IMG/VR virus record: IMGVR_UViG_2786546475_000015 | Coordinates: 1 to 64,000 of that record | Reading direction: 5' to 3' (one strand) | Length of the DNA stretch: 64,000 nucleotides | From: a virus | Lineage: Duplodnaviria > Caudoviricetes | Part shown: in pieces, positions 38,628 to 52,193 of the stretch | How the letters are laid out: the number at the start of each line of letters is the position of its first letter | How positions within the stretch are numbered: the first letter of the stretch is position 1 | Program-made: the position numbers and the translations under genes | The notes under the pieces: generated by a model | Told to the model about the DNA's origin: nothing | Database searches by the model: none | Seen by the model: only the letters and a program-made list of their open reading frames with translations

Positions 38628-39966
38628 AATTAAAACTTCTTTCGATCCTAATATGATTAGACAGACTATTGACGTAAATCATGGGATGTATAAAAACAGC
38701 CAAGAACAGATTATCAATTTATCCGAAGATGGTGTTAAACAAGCTTTAAGTAAGTTAGGATATTTGAATAAAGAACAAGCTTTACACTTAACGAATACGG
38801 TAGAACAACTACAAAAAGATAAAGATATTTTGTTGGGTGAAAAAATAAATTATTAGGTGAAAATAAAGATTTGATGCAATCTAAAGATTTGTTGAAACAG
38901 ACTATTAGACAGTTGTGTAAATTTATTGGAGAAAATAATAATGAAAACATTTCATGAACTAGAAATTTTACCAAGCCTTGGTGATACCGTAAAATTCGTA
39001 CCACATAGTGAAGCGATTTATGAGCATTATCGCGGATTAGAAGGTAAAATAATTACCAACGAACCAAAACAAACGTATACAGTAGTTGATATCAGTGGTA
39101 ATATCATTAAAGCCAATGGTAATATCAGCGGTCATACGTACTGGTTTAATGATGCTCATTGGCGACCAGTACGCGATACAACACCTATTGATTGGCGTAC
39201 GCGTAAAGATGCATATAGAGATTATAAAAAATATAAAAATGTAAGTGCGATCGGGCGTAAATATGATATTAGTCGGCGTTCGGTAGGTCGTATTGTCGCA
39301 GAAATTGAAGATATGTCATGGTTTCGTCGGACTTTGATTAAATTAGGGTTTTAATGAGTAAATTGGCTAATTTACGCGTATGTGCGTCATGTGAATGGAT
39401 TTTTCGTTTAGATCAACATAGTGTTGAATGTCCTAAGTGTCAATTTGGTTCATATGGCGCTCGGCGCGTATATGGTGATAAGTGCTATCGGTTTGAGAAA
39501 ACACAACAACCGTGGTACGATAAGATTATGACACACTATTCAATTAAATTGAGGATGGAAATAGATGATTTTCAAAGCAGGAACAGAATTGGAAAATGTA
39601 ACCTTTTTAGATGAATATGTATTAGAATCAAAGGATACAGATTTTGGTATTTTCGTGACTATGGTTAACGGTCAAATGGCAGAAGTACCTTGGGCTACGT
39701 ATAGCGTAAATGGTAATAAACATGTTGTTAATTTGGCTAATGTTCAAGTGGTTACAGTAAAATGATTAAATTAATTAATAGGTTTTTACGATGGCGAAGT
39801 TATCGCAAGAACTTAGCAGTTCGCTATAAAATGGCTACTGGTAAATCATTACCTTGGGCTTTTGGTATGAGTTCGAAAACCGCTGAATTAATCATTGAAG
39901 AATATTATTTATTTGGTGGTCGAATGGAAAATGAACGCGAACCAGACGAATGGGATGATATAATGG

Positions 39967-40353
39967 ATGATATCAATGACTGATTATCAAAAATTAAGAG
40001 AATTAGGTTTCCAATACCTAGATTCACCTTATTTTTGTGAAAAGGATAGACTCAAGTTCAATATCAAGCGTGAGGAACACGTAAACCTTGTGTACGCCAT
40101 TTTAATTGACCAGAAGTTGAAGTATATTGGTAGAACAAAAGATTTCAATGTACGCGTACACACGTACAGGAACGCCAAATACTGGTGTAATGCGTTTACA
40201 TCAAATAAGGTTAAAACGGACAGACTAGAAAATGCGGTTCGTCGTGGTCGTCAAGTAGAATTCTATTGCATTTATAGTGATAACTATGATACTCTAGAAG
40301 AAGAATTAATAAGTCGGTTCAATCCGACTTGGAACAAATACTTATGTTGTTGA
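39967..40353 (+). CDS. denA: GIY-YIG endonuclease II (DenA)-like
   Basis: LVYAI...KYIGRT, VEFY, LEEELI..FNPTWN match the T4 DenA pattern. Confidence 0.85.
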   Translation: MISMTDYQKLRELGFQYLDSPYFCEKDRLKFNIKREEHVNLVYAILIDQKLKYIGRTKDFNVRVHTYRNAKYWCNAFTSNKVKTDRLENAVRRGRQVEFYCIYSDNYDTLEEELISRFNPTWNKYLCC

Positions 40354-41783
40354 GGTTGATATGGACAGATATAGCGCTGATGAAATTAGTAGTACTATCG
40401 TTGATGTAAACGAAATGATTGAACGTTTTGGTCGTGGATTCTTATTCGCTAGTGATACTGGTTATCTATTTTATTGCTTTAATGGTGATAAAGACTATTA
40501 TCGTTTTAAAGAAAATGATATTCACGAATCCGACGATGGTGTGAAATGGAGTGATATCATTAAATCCGATATGGATGGTAGAGGTGATTTAGAATTCCTA
40601 AATTTACCAAAATTCTTTTTTATCGATAAAGACGGTAATAAAACCAAAGAGCCTGTATATTATGAGTAAAGAGTTTGATTATATCGACGTTAAATCTATG
40701 TGGGATGAAGCTGGTTATATATGCGAAAATAAATTTGTAGCCGATTCCGAAATAGAACGCGTTGTTAACATTTTAGTTGATGAAATTAATAGATTACGTG
40801 TACGAGTCAGTGAATTGGAGTCGAAATGAAAGGTTATTTAGGAACAGAAGTAGTCAGCCACGAAGAAGCTGGTTTTAAAGATTATACACCCTTCGATTGG
40901 GTTATGTATTTTATTGAATGTTACGGACAATTTGACGGTTCGCATCACAAAGATTGGGTAATGGATCAAGTCGCACGTATTTACAATGGTACACCAATTA
41001 TCGTTGAAAAGGCGAGTTGGGATAATGGTCATTACGAATATCGAGTACATCTAGACAAACCCACAGAAAAATACCATAAATGGGTTCGTGATATGAAAGA
41101 CGGTGAAGATGGTGCGAATACTTATAGTTATGACGAAGGTATTGCGCCATGACCGATCTAGAAAAAGAAATTCTGGACATGGTTCATAAAGGTTTACTGT
41201 TTAACGACTATCTAGGTGATGGTGAATGGATAGAAGTATGTCCTTTATGCAACGCGGCGGTGTGTTTTGGTAAACAACATACTAACGATTGTCCGACGAC
41301 ATTATTAAGGAAAGAACGTGATGGATAATAGAGATTATGCAGTTTTCTACGACGACGAAGATGAAATTGAAAAGTTATCTATTTGGTGTAGTAAAGAAGA
41401 AGCTTTAAAAATACACAAAAATATTGATTTCCAGACAGTAATACTTAAAAGAGTAAACTTAGATGACTGAAAAAGATAAAGAAGCAATTGAACGTATGGT
41501 AGAACGTCATGGTGTTGATAGGATCATGATTATTTTACCTAAACGTTTAGACAAATCTAAACTTGACGATATTAATTGCTATGGTGTATATTGTAGTGAA
41601 TTCGTACCAGATAATGAAATTTGGCTTCAAGTAAAATATGACGAAACTTTAAATTACAAATATTATACAGATACCAACAAAACGAGTCGGAAGCTAATGT
41701 CTAATATAAAATCTCGAAAACGGAAATTTTATGAATAAATTTATTTTTGTGAAAGAAAGTTATAACAACAAAGTGGAGTTCGA

Positions 41784-42074
41784 ATGATGAAAGAAGGCAA
41801 ACAAGAATTATGGAATTGGTTTGGATTGTCATATGCTAGTTTTCTGACTATCCCGCGTGTATTAATGCATCAAATGTCAGATGAATGGCAAAGTGAAATG
41901 TGTAGACTTTTACAGGAATACGACGAAACTTTTCCTAACGTGTATAAACAAGATATTGGTATTACAGTATAGTTTAAAAAAGATGGTAAATTCATTAAAC
42001 CACCGAAATGGGCTATCGATTATCGTCATCCAGATTTTGAAATGATTAAAGAGTTAAAAGGTGAAAATGGATAA
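41784..42074 (+). pseudogene. hypothetical gene interrupted by in-frame TAG at 41970
   Basis: Frame continues FKKDGKFIKPPKWAIDYRHP to a stop overlapping the next gene. Confidence 0.6.
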
Positions 42075-43278
42075 GCTAATTAACAAATTAAAATCGATAG
42101 CGAAAGATACCGCCAAATACGGTTTTGAAGAAGAAACTATTTGTGGTCGAGCCGCCGAAGCGATTGAACAACTTCAAAAACGTGTGGCAGAACTTGAGGA
42201 TTCAGTTACTATATACAAAGGTACTGTCGAAGATTTAGTCGAATATCGTGATAAAGTAAAGAAAGAAAATCAAGCACTGGTGGCGTATATTGAACGTGTT
42301 AAGAAAGTGGTAATCGACGGTGTTGAACTAGCAGAACAACCATGTCTAGACGATCTTGAAATAGGTGGTTACTACCAACAAATGGCTTTAAAACTTGAGC
42401 CTATTTTGCTATATGAAGCACCACAAACTAGCTTAACCGAATTTAGAAAAGAACAAGCGGTAAAAAGCTTTATCGAAGGTTGTCAAGCGGTCGCAGAAGA
42501 ACAAAATTGTCCTATGCCTTTCAATGTACAACATAGGGCTGAACAACACGCAGAAATGGTGTAATTATGTTAAATGATTCAATACATGTTCATTGGACAG
42601 GTCGTTGGAAAATGGACGACGAACCCGATCCAGATGATCCTATGAATACCTATTTTCATAGTCGGGAAATAATGTTTCCGTATAAACCAAAGCTTAGAAT
42701 TCCGCAAGTAGAGATTGAAATTAAGTATCTGGATCACTACAATGAAATTGTAACAGCATGGGTACGACTAGATGGTAATGAAGAACTACGTGGTATTGTA
42801 CCTGACGAATTTATCGATACAGGAAAAATTATTATTTATGGATAAGTACGAGTTAAGACTATACAGACCAGACAATAGCTACGAAAAGATCGAAATAGGT
42901 TCTGTAATAGCTGATAATCTTATCAAAGGTCGTTATAAACAGAGAAGTAGTAACCCATTTGATTGTTATGAAATTTATCTGAACGGTGAATATTATCGGT
43001 CTGGTATTTTAAAATGGTATGGTGATATTGGTAGTCGAGCGTTAGATAACATCATACCTAATGTATATTTGTGGGTAGAGGAAATCGACGGTGATTATAA
43101 AGTGTTTTGTAGTCAACATAGAGTGCATTCGCCGATAAATTTTGAATGGAGAAGTACGTTCAAAGAATATCCCACCGCTGATATTTTATACGAAATCAAA
43201 GAAAACGCTCAAGCCTATATCAAAGCCCGTAGAGATTTGATTTTAGACCACTTTAAAAGAAAATTGAGTAAATGATAG

Positions 43279-43344
43279 AAAGCCCTTGCATCGTCGAGGG
43301 CTTTTTGCTATCATGGGTTTGTTGGTTGATGACTAGGAGATTTT
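43279..43344 (+). promoter_or_regulatory. PeSL-like cassette, copy 4
   Basis: aagcccttg..cgagggctttt, TG-c-TATCAT, gggtttgttg, aggagattttATG. Confidence 0.85.
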
Positions 43345-43708
43345 ATGAATAAATTCGCTAATATCGTTTGTAACGCTCATGCTTATGTCAATGAGTTCGA
43401 CAAAGAACTTGATAAAATGGAAGAAGCGCATTTTGGCGACGAATTCAGTGAAGCGTTGACAGCGGATATGCACTTTGCTACTATTAAAGCTGATTACGAT
43501 TTTCTTTCTGAACGATTCAGTGATGAAGAAATCGCAGAAATGCAAGAGTTTGTAATGGATAACCTTTAAGGAGATATCATGATATTAGATAATAAACGAT
43601 ATATCGTCACTTTCGGCGGTGGTAAACGAATTGATATGTTAGGAAAATTTTTAAAAGTCATACTACGTCATGGTAGCGACATTGTTTCATGGGAAATAGG
43701 AGAATAAT

Positions 43709-44521
43709 ATGTACTACATTTCAAGCGGCGAACAGACCAAAATGTATACTTTACGTATTAGATACATAGAAGAACTACGCGGTATCGCAATCGAACGCGA
43801 TTACTATATTCGTAACCTATCTACAAACCCCGATAAAGCGTTACAAGTAGCGCGTGATTTAGGTTATGACGTAAGTAAAAAACCAGAATTTACGCTGGAA
43901 GAAATTCGTCGCCAAAAATCAGAAGAACAAGCTAAACGCTATGAAGAACAGCGTATAGCAGAAGAACGCGAGCGGGTTTTAAAAGAAAACCGTATGATCG
44001 ACGATATCAAAAATTATCGTTTTCCATTCGGTAAGTATAAAAATCAGAATTTTGCGTCAGTACCAGAAGATTATATTCAATATTGGTTGAGCGTGGAATT
44101 GGGAGAACATGATACTGTTTTACACGCGTTGGTAAGCGTATTGGCTTCATTATTTCCTGAAATTGTCGAACGTATTAAGCGCTCTAGTGGTAATGGCGAA
44201 TATTTTGGCGAAATCAAAAAGCGTTATCAAAACCTGAAAGGTGAAATCGTTAAAGTCACTGGTTTTGATGGTTTTTATGGTTGGAGTAATGTTTATAACA
44301 TCATCCTAGAAAATGGTGAATTAGCGGTTTACATGGGTTCTGCTTATATTGGTTATGATGACAACGGTTTTGTTCCCGCTAAAGTGGGCGATAAAATCAA
44401 ATTCGCTGGTACTGTAAAAAATCATAGCGAGTATGACGGTAAAGCACAAACCAAATTAGCCCGTTTGACCATTAAAGAAATGAATGGTGTTAAAATTAAG
44501 AAAGGTGAAAGGGTTGATTGA
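43709..44521 (+). CDS. nucleic-acid-binding protein (FGKYK motif plus OB-fold-like C-terminus)
   Basis: FPFGKYK..VPEDYIQYW; GD...GTVK.HSEY.G..QT. Confidence 0.6.
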   Translation: MYYISSGEQTKMYTLRIRYIEELRGIAIERDYYIRNLSTNPDKALQVARDLGYDVSKKPEFTLEEIRRQKSEEQAKRYEEQRIAEERERVLKENRMIDDIKNYRFPFGKYKNQNFASVPEDYIQYWLSVELGEHDTVLHALVSVLASLFPEIVERIKRSSGNGEYFGEIKKRYQNLKGEIVKVTGFDGFYGWSNVYNIILENGELAVYMGSAYIGYDDNGFVPAKVGDKIKFAGTVKNHSEYDGKAQTKLARLTIKEMNGVKIKKGERVD

Positions 44522-45452
44522 TTATTACATATATTTCGTTTTATCGTTGTGGGCTATCATTTTAGCCCACGTACCATTTAAAAATGGTCGTAAACGTTTG
44601 TGTATCGAATCGTGGGGAGATTTCTTCACTTCATTGATAGTAGCGATTGTTCCGTTCTTAAATGTGCTTATATTCGGTTCTATCGCGTTTTATAGGAATA
44701 AGATTTATGATTAATATGACTACAATAGGTAGTATCGGTTATTTAATAACCATAGCACTGATTTATCGTATGGTATTTGTACTACCAAAGAATTGTTTAG
44801 ATTACGAAATTAGTAAATCGGATAAGTGGATAGCTATTGCGTTTATGGCATTCTTTATGTTATGCTTTATCTTGTGTTGGGTATCTTATGTGTTAGCGGG
44901 TAATTATGAAATTTGTTAAACAATATTGGATGGTATGATTGTTAGAAGTGAGGGGTAAAAATGAATACAGTAGAAGTCGGATCTATTATTTTAATTAATT
45001 TAGCAGAATTTAAAGTTGTTGGTGTTCAATCGCCACGTAGTTTAGAAATCGTATCGACTGAACCAGTACCAGAAGGATTTAAACCTAAAGTACAATACAT
45101 CGATGTAAACCAAATCGATAAAGTCGTTAAGTGAGTCAGCGTTTTACGAGGTAATCGATTTCGCCAATCAAAAATAGTAGCAGAAGGTAACACAAATGAA
45201 ACATTGGATTAGTGTTTGTAAAAATGTAATCGCGTCAAATAATAAACGCGGTTGGAAAGATCCACAACCATCTATTCGTGTAGCAACCGCGAAATATGGT
45301 AAAGTAGTAACGCGTAGTAATCGTGTTGGTATCACCGACAAAGACGGTAATGTTGTTGCTGAAATCGTGGCTACCACAGATGGTGAACCTGTTATTGGTT
45401 GTGGCGCGAAAGTTGGATTAATCACAGAATTTGAAACAGTGGATTTAGAATC

Positions 45453-46267
45453 ATGAAAAAAGAACAAGTAGATGAAATGAGTTTAAGTGAAGCAGTTAAT
45501 TACGCTTTGAGTAAAATTATTGAACAGGGTAAACCTTGTAAAAACAACGGTTATTGTGCTTACGGTTATGATGGTAATCATTGTGCTATTGGTTGGTTAT
45601 TAGATGAAGATGACGATGCATTGATGGGTTATAATGGTAGTCTTAATTATCTAATTATCGATTACGGTGATAAAGTTCCAGATTTGATAAAGGATAATAC
45701 CTGTATCTTTGAACCGTTACAAAAAATTCACGATGTATCAAATAAAGAAATATTTAATACAAAACTTTATGAATTGAATGCTTACGCCGTTGATATCGAC
45801 CAAGATTTATTAGACAAGTGGATCGCTATCAAAGAAAATGAAATTAAAACAGTGGATTAAGAATCATGAAAAAAGAACAAGTTGATCAAATGAGTTTAAC
45901 CGAAGCCGTAAACTACGCTTTGGGTAAAATTATCGAGCAAGGTAAACCGTGTAGAAATCCTGATAATGGTTATTGTGCTTATAGTGACGGAAATGGAAAC
46001 CATTGTGTCGTTGGTTGGTTATTAGATCATGAAAATGAAGAATTGATGAAATGGGATGGTGGAGTATCATCTTTATCAGAAACGTACAAAGAACGTCTAC
46101 CAAAATTAATTATTGATAATGTCGAATTGTTTTACCACTTACAGGGATTGCATGATTATGATAGTCTTGCGAAGGTGGATTTTGATATCGATGTTATTAA
46201 AAATTGTGTCGATATCAATGAAGAATTATTAAACAAGTGGTTAGCTATCAAAGAAAGGAATTGGTAA
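45453..46267 (+). repeat. tandem paralogous CDS pair (45453-45860, 45866-46267)
   Basis: Both start MKKEQVD.MSL.EAVNYAL.KIIEQGKPC and share CAY, HC..GWLLD, LQ..HD. Confidence 0.9.
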
Positions 46268-49200
46268 TGAAGGATAATATTAGTGTATCTATATCGGGTG
46301 ATGTAATCATTATCCAAATCGTTAGAGACGGTGAAGTTATGCAATATACTATGAACGTTCACGAAGCCGTTTCATTTCGTAATATTCTGACTAGGGTTAT
46401 CGAGGAAGCGTAATGAGTGAGTTAGAAAATTTAAGACAACGACTACGCGATTTGATTCATTCGCAATGCAATACACGTGGTTGTAAAGATTGTCCATATA
46501 AGTTTGAAATTGACGGTATCGGTGGTGAATGTAGTGCTACTGATCTAGAAAGTAAAATCATGGATATCGAAATGAAGGATATGACGAATGGGTAGAATTT
46601 GTGATAGATGCGAAAATATAATCGATTGGGAAGATGAACGTCGATTAGGACGTGGTAATTGTAGTTGCACTCCACATGATGTACACTACCTAGAATACAT
46701 TTTCACTTTATACGCTAGATCAGAAAAAGAAGCGATCGAAACATTCAGATACTTTCTTAATCGTTGTTCGCGAACTAAAGACGAAGTATCGATAGCAAAT
46801 TTTGCTTGTGGTAGCGAACATGATAATGTGATAAAAAGTGAAAAATACGTACCCGATATTTCTTATATTAAAGAAAGGGCGGTAGAGGGTGAATCATGGA
46901 AAGTGCGACTCAATGAGGAATTTGTGTGAACAGCGTAGAACATTTATTCGATAAACGAATAGTACAACAAAAAGATCAGATTATTCAGAAACAAGAAGAA
47001 TTGATCGAATCGTTACAAACGTCTATCAAACAACGCGACGAAAGGATGAAATATGTTGTTGACATCATCGACGATATATTAGAATGCGAACCACATGTGG
47101 CTAGATTATTTTTATCAGATTTGAGTGTTAAGTTGAAATCATGAAAGAAGAACAAATAAAACATGAACTTTTTAAATTTGTTGATTGGGTTATCGATAAT
47201 AAAGATCCAAATCAACTAATGGAAGCCTATGATGTTTATGTCTTAGAGGAATTAAATCATGAAGAAAATCAATAAAGCCGAAGCTAGAGAATGGCGCGAA
47301 CAGCAAAAGTATATCGAACAATGTGGTAAAGACCTTGAACGTCAAAAACTATTACTGTATAGTGCTGGCGTAAAACGTAAGTGTGGCTATCCATGTGCGG
47401 ATATTATTCGTAGGTTAGGTCATGCCAATGTAGCGGATAAAATCAGTAAAGCGTATTCGTTGTTAGAAGATGCATTTGAACAGTTTGAGAGGGAAACGAA
47501 ATGAACAACGATCTAGTAATTAATCAAGGCGCGTTTAACTTAGGCTTACAAGCCCTTCGTCGCGCTGGTAAAGATGAAATCGCGGAACAATTAGAATCTG
47601 ATTGTGAATGTATCCCCGATGAAATCAAGCGATTAAACGAAAAACTTGAGTTAGTTAAAAAAGAGATTAGATATGCTATCGCTCATGCTAAAGCGTTGTT
47701 ATCATTCACAGATCATGGTGGTCGTAATGGGTAAGATTAAAGAAATTATCATGCATTGGCGTATGGGTCAAATTCGTGACATTTATCGTGATGGTGTAGA
47801 AACAGCTAAAAAGCATGAATGCGCCGTACGATTCGAATTTAATGGTGTAGAAATCGTTGTAGACCAAACTTGTAATTTAGAATTAAGTCAAGATGATTGG
47901 TCGGAGATTTATAACGCAGTCGGTAAGGAAAAAATACTACATTTATGTTAGAGTCGAATCAATACAAATTCTTAACTGATGTAAATAACGAGCGTGGTTG
48001 TTGTGAATCATGTCCAAATCGTTCGTCAGAAGCTAGTGAGTACGCTCAAAACACTGGATGCTTACCAACGCCTTTCGATATCATAAAAGGCGTCGAGAAT
48101 GGCGATACGTGGGAATGTCATTCACGCGAAAATAAAGTTTGCGCTTGCGCTAATAATTATGCTACTATGTTCAATATCGAGATTGGCGACAAACCCACAT
48201 GCGGTTTAGGTCATGGTACACTAAATGGAGAAGAATATTAATGAATAAACAAAATAAACCCGATTGGAACGAAGTTATTGGTGATTGGTTGTGTCAAAAT
48301 CCTGATGGTCAATGGGTTAGTTTTTACCAAAAACCACAACCAGATAAAATTCGTGATATGGGTAATAGCGATATCCATTATTGGTCTGCTGATCGCGGTC
48401 ACGCCAATACATATAGTTTTGGTGAAGTTATTGGTGATTGGAAAGAAACATTAGAAAAACGTCCTAGTCAAGAAGAAAACTCAAAAGAGTCGGAAAAATA
48501 TTTCGAAGTAGTGACACAATACACTATGCGCGGGAAAGATGGTAAACAAGTAGAAATTGTTGTTATCAATACTAACGACATAACACAACAAGAAGAATTA
48601 AATCGATTCGAGCGTGTTATTGAATCCAAATTAGGCGTTCCAACTCTTGTAGTTAACATTGGTGAATAATTATGAATAAACAAATTTTAAATTATATTAT
48701 TTGTGTGATCATCTGGTTCGCTTTTGGGTTAGTCGTATCGCTGTCAATTGCTCAAAATTGGGATATAGTTTATACCAATGAAATCAAAACTATCGAACGA
48801 GCGGAAAACGCTTGCAAAAAACATGAATCCGTTCCGTATACCTACGATTGGAAAGGTAATGTTAAGTGTGAGAACGGCATTTCATTTAACGTACAGGATT
48901 GGTGATGAAAAATTATAAACTAGGAAATTGGTTGCGTGGTGGGTTTTCGCGTCACTTTAAATCTAAAGAAGAAGCTTGGAAAGTATTAGGTAGTAGATAC
49001 CTTCTTTCATTTCCGTGTGAAACTATTATTGATGGTGAATGGAAAGAAAACCCTAAAGGTGGTAGAATGGTTAATTTATATGTCGAAGAAGAAAACCAAT
49101 ACGGTATTACACAATGGTTGGTGTGTAAAAGTGATTATTTTAATATGAATGAACGTGTTGATATAGATTCGTATAAATTTCATACACATTCACCGACTGA

Positions 49201-49844
49201 TTTCTACTCATAACGGAGAAAAAATTGATTAAAATTATTTATGCTATCGTATCCCTTAACATTATTTTTCTATCGGTTAGTGGTGAAAGGGAGTTTAAAC
49301 TAGCTATGTTATGTTATTTCATCGGGATCATCGGTGGTATGCTATTACGAGGTAAAAATGGTGAAGTTTAAACCAGACGCGAATAAAACAACGGTTAACG
49401 GTATCAAGCGTCAAGTCGTTTGTGCCGCTAACAAATATCCTTGCGGTACTATTGTGTTGGGTGTACGTCATTTTTGTCCTTTAATGCGTCAGAACATTAA
49501 AGCCCACGGAATCAAGCCAACACAAATGGATATGATTCAAGGCTTTGTAGACCAATGGGGTAATTTCATGGATCGTGAAGAAGCGTTAGCGGTAGTCAAA
49601 GCCAATGGTCGGTTCATGCGTGATACTGGTTTCCATTCTAGGGAATTATTCACGGAGAATTGTTACTAATGATTTTTATTCAGTTATTTTTAATCGTTTT
49701 TGGTGTGTGGTTTAATTATACTAGCTACCATAAAGAAGATGCTATATTCGGTATTGTAGTTGCCGCTATTGGTGGTGTATGGTTCTTGATTGATTTAGTA
49801 TGGTCTGCTATAATCGGCGGTTGGTTAAATTAAAGGAATTACTG

Positions 49845-50024
49845 ATGACTCCAATTAAAGACAAGGGAATTGCGGTCGAAGATCGCGAAATTCTAGAATC
49901 CATAGAATTTCAAACACCAAAAACAGTCGTCAAAGGCGATGTAGAAAAACGCAAAAATAAAACGCGTAATATTCCATGTCCGATTTGCGGTAGTGGTAAG
50001 AAATTCAAAAAATGTTGTTGGTGA
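49845..50024 (+). CDS. SEC-C motif micro-protein
   Basis: RNIPCPICGSGKKFKKCC; aagga RBS. Confidence 0.8.
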   Translation: MTPIKDKGIAVEDREILESIEFQTPKTVVKGDVEKRKNKTRNIPCPICGSGKKFKKCCW

Positions 50025-51496
50025 TATTATGAAACAATTATTATGTAAAGAAAGTATTTTAAAAAATAGTATTGTAGTTAACGTCGGTAAATTAACGAAT
50101 TTAGATAAATCACGTATCAACCGTTATCTTAAAGATATCACTGGTGATTTATATGGTATTGGCGATAATGTTAATAATGTAGAATATATGTGTTATGCAA
50201 ACGGATCTTTATGTGGATATCCGTATGGTACTCCGTTAGCCGAAGATACACCACTAGTTTCTTATTATGATTTTATTCAATACATGAAACATGGTCTTAA
50301 AGGTCAATTAGAAGATGGTATGCGTGTTTTGACCGAAGATGGTACTAAGCTTTGGAAATGCGGTAGCTTTTTTACAAACGGTCATATGAAATTAGATATC
50401 GCTGATTACCATATTAATTTAAAACACTCTTTTTCGTACTTAAATATCGTCAAAATTTTTGCCGCAAATGATTTTAGTGGTGACACTATTTACGAGCGAC
50501 CAGAAAAGGTCAAAGTAACACTAGACGAAATCGCCCATTGGAAAGGTGTCAGTAAAGATCGAATCGAAATCGAGGGTTTATCATGATTTTTGAAAAATAT
50601 ATAGAAGTGATGACTAAACGTGCAGTTGAGTTGGCTAAAATTATCTATATCACTCAAGTAGAACTTGGTGAACAAGTAGAATTGGATGAACTTATTCCAG
50701 TTTTCCATAAATTGGATATAGACAACATGTTCTTTTATATTGAGTTTCGTGATAAGCGATATGTTCATTCTGATGAAATTGGTATATCGGTTGACTTGGT
50801 AGTAGAAGAAGAATCGTTTAATAAAGCAATTTCAGAATTTTGGAAAGACCACAAATCAACCGTAGAACGTTTAGCAAAAGAACGTGAAGAACAATCACGT
50901 GAACTTAAAGAAAATAAAGAACGTAAAGAACGCGCTGAATACGAACGATTGAAAAAGAAATTTGGGGGTTAATTATGACATTATTAATTGCATGTTTACT
51001 TATCCATATGATGGGATTATCGCCTTGGTTTTATGCACTAGCGGCTTTAATATGGATTATTCATATAGTTTATCATGGTGATGAATCATGAGTAAACCGA
51101 AACCAGTTAAGACATTTGCTATTCGTCATAAAGAAACAGGCGAATATTTTTTAGCGGATAGTGGCAAAAATGCATGGCGTAGTATTGGTGCGGCTAAGAA
51201 CGCATTCGCTTATCATGGTGCTAGTAGGTATTACAGATCCGACGAAAAAGTTATAGATATTTGCAAGCGTTTAAAAGTCAAACCAATTAAGAAACTCAAT
51301 GCTTATAACGAATACGAGTATCGTGTACCATATTTCGATGAACAAGATGTGTGGGAAATCGTTGAATTATCCGCTAAGGTAGAAGATTGTGGTAAACGAC
51401 TAAAACAAGCTGAAAAGCTTTTACAAAGCATTTATGACTACGGTTACTACGAAGAAAAACGAATGGAAGTAGAAAATTTCCTATTTAATGAAAAAT

Positions 51497-51558
51497 AAGG
51501 CTTGCAACGCGCAAGTCTTTTTGCTAACATGTACTTGTCATTAATTAAAGGAGATATT
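51497..51558 (+). promoter_or_regulatory. PeSL-like cassette, copy 5 (diverged)
   Basis: aaggcttgc-aacgc-gcaagtctt-ttt, TG-c-TAACAT, aaggag before ATG 51559. Confidence 0.78.
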
Positions 51559-52193
51559 ATGAAAACCAAGAATGTACGTATTCGACTTAAAGATATTCGT
51601 AAAGGTAAAACTGTTTACATCGCGCACCCAAAGTTTGGTGTTGTTCGTGCTATTATCAATTCTAAACCGTTTATGAATCGGGATATTGGGCTGTTTGTAC
51701 ACGTCCTAGAAGAAAACGAATATTTTGAGGGTGGTTATTACGAAACTACCAAAAGCCTTTCTGATATGGGTGTTTACAACGTTTATAATTATCGACGTAC
51801 ATTCCATAATCACGAACAAGCCGAGCGTTATGTAGATCGATATGTAAATGATAAAGGATTCCTTGAACATTGGGAGCGTCATTTAAAATCAGTAGACCGA
51901 ACTTTCAGTAATTGGAACGATATTTACGCACCAGTTGATGATGACGATTTAGTTGATATGGACGATTATCATGCTTAATTTGATATTAGCTTTACTTTGG
52001 ATGTTTCTTTACGGCATATCTGTAATAGTGTTAGTATATAAAGTAGTCTACCCGATCTTAGACCGTTTTGATATCGAAGGTTGCACATACGCGCTAATTG
52101 CTATCGGGTGTTTATTTTTGTACTTCATATTCACCGTGGATTGGTTTTTCAAAATTTTTGTGGACATATTGAAAATGGGATTAAGTAGTTGAA

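Noticed and set aside
41970-41972. Genome-wide TAG recoding
   Set aside because: gp43, regA and the C5-MTase end at TAG in the expected places, core genes are uninterrupted, and no CTA-anticodon tRNA is seen in the window.
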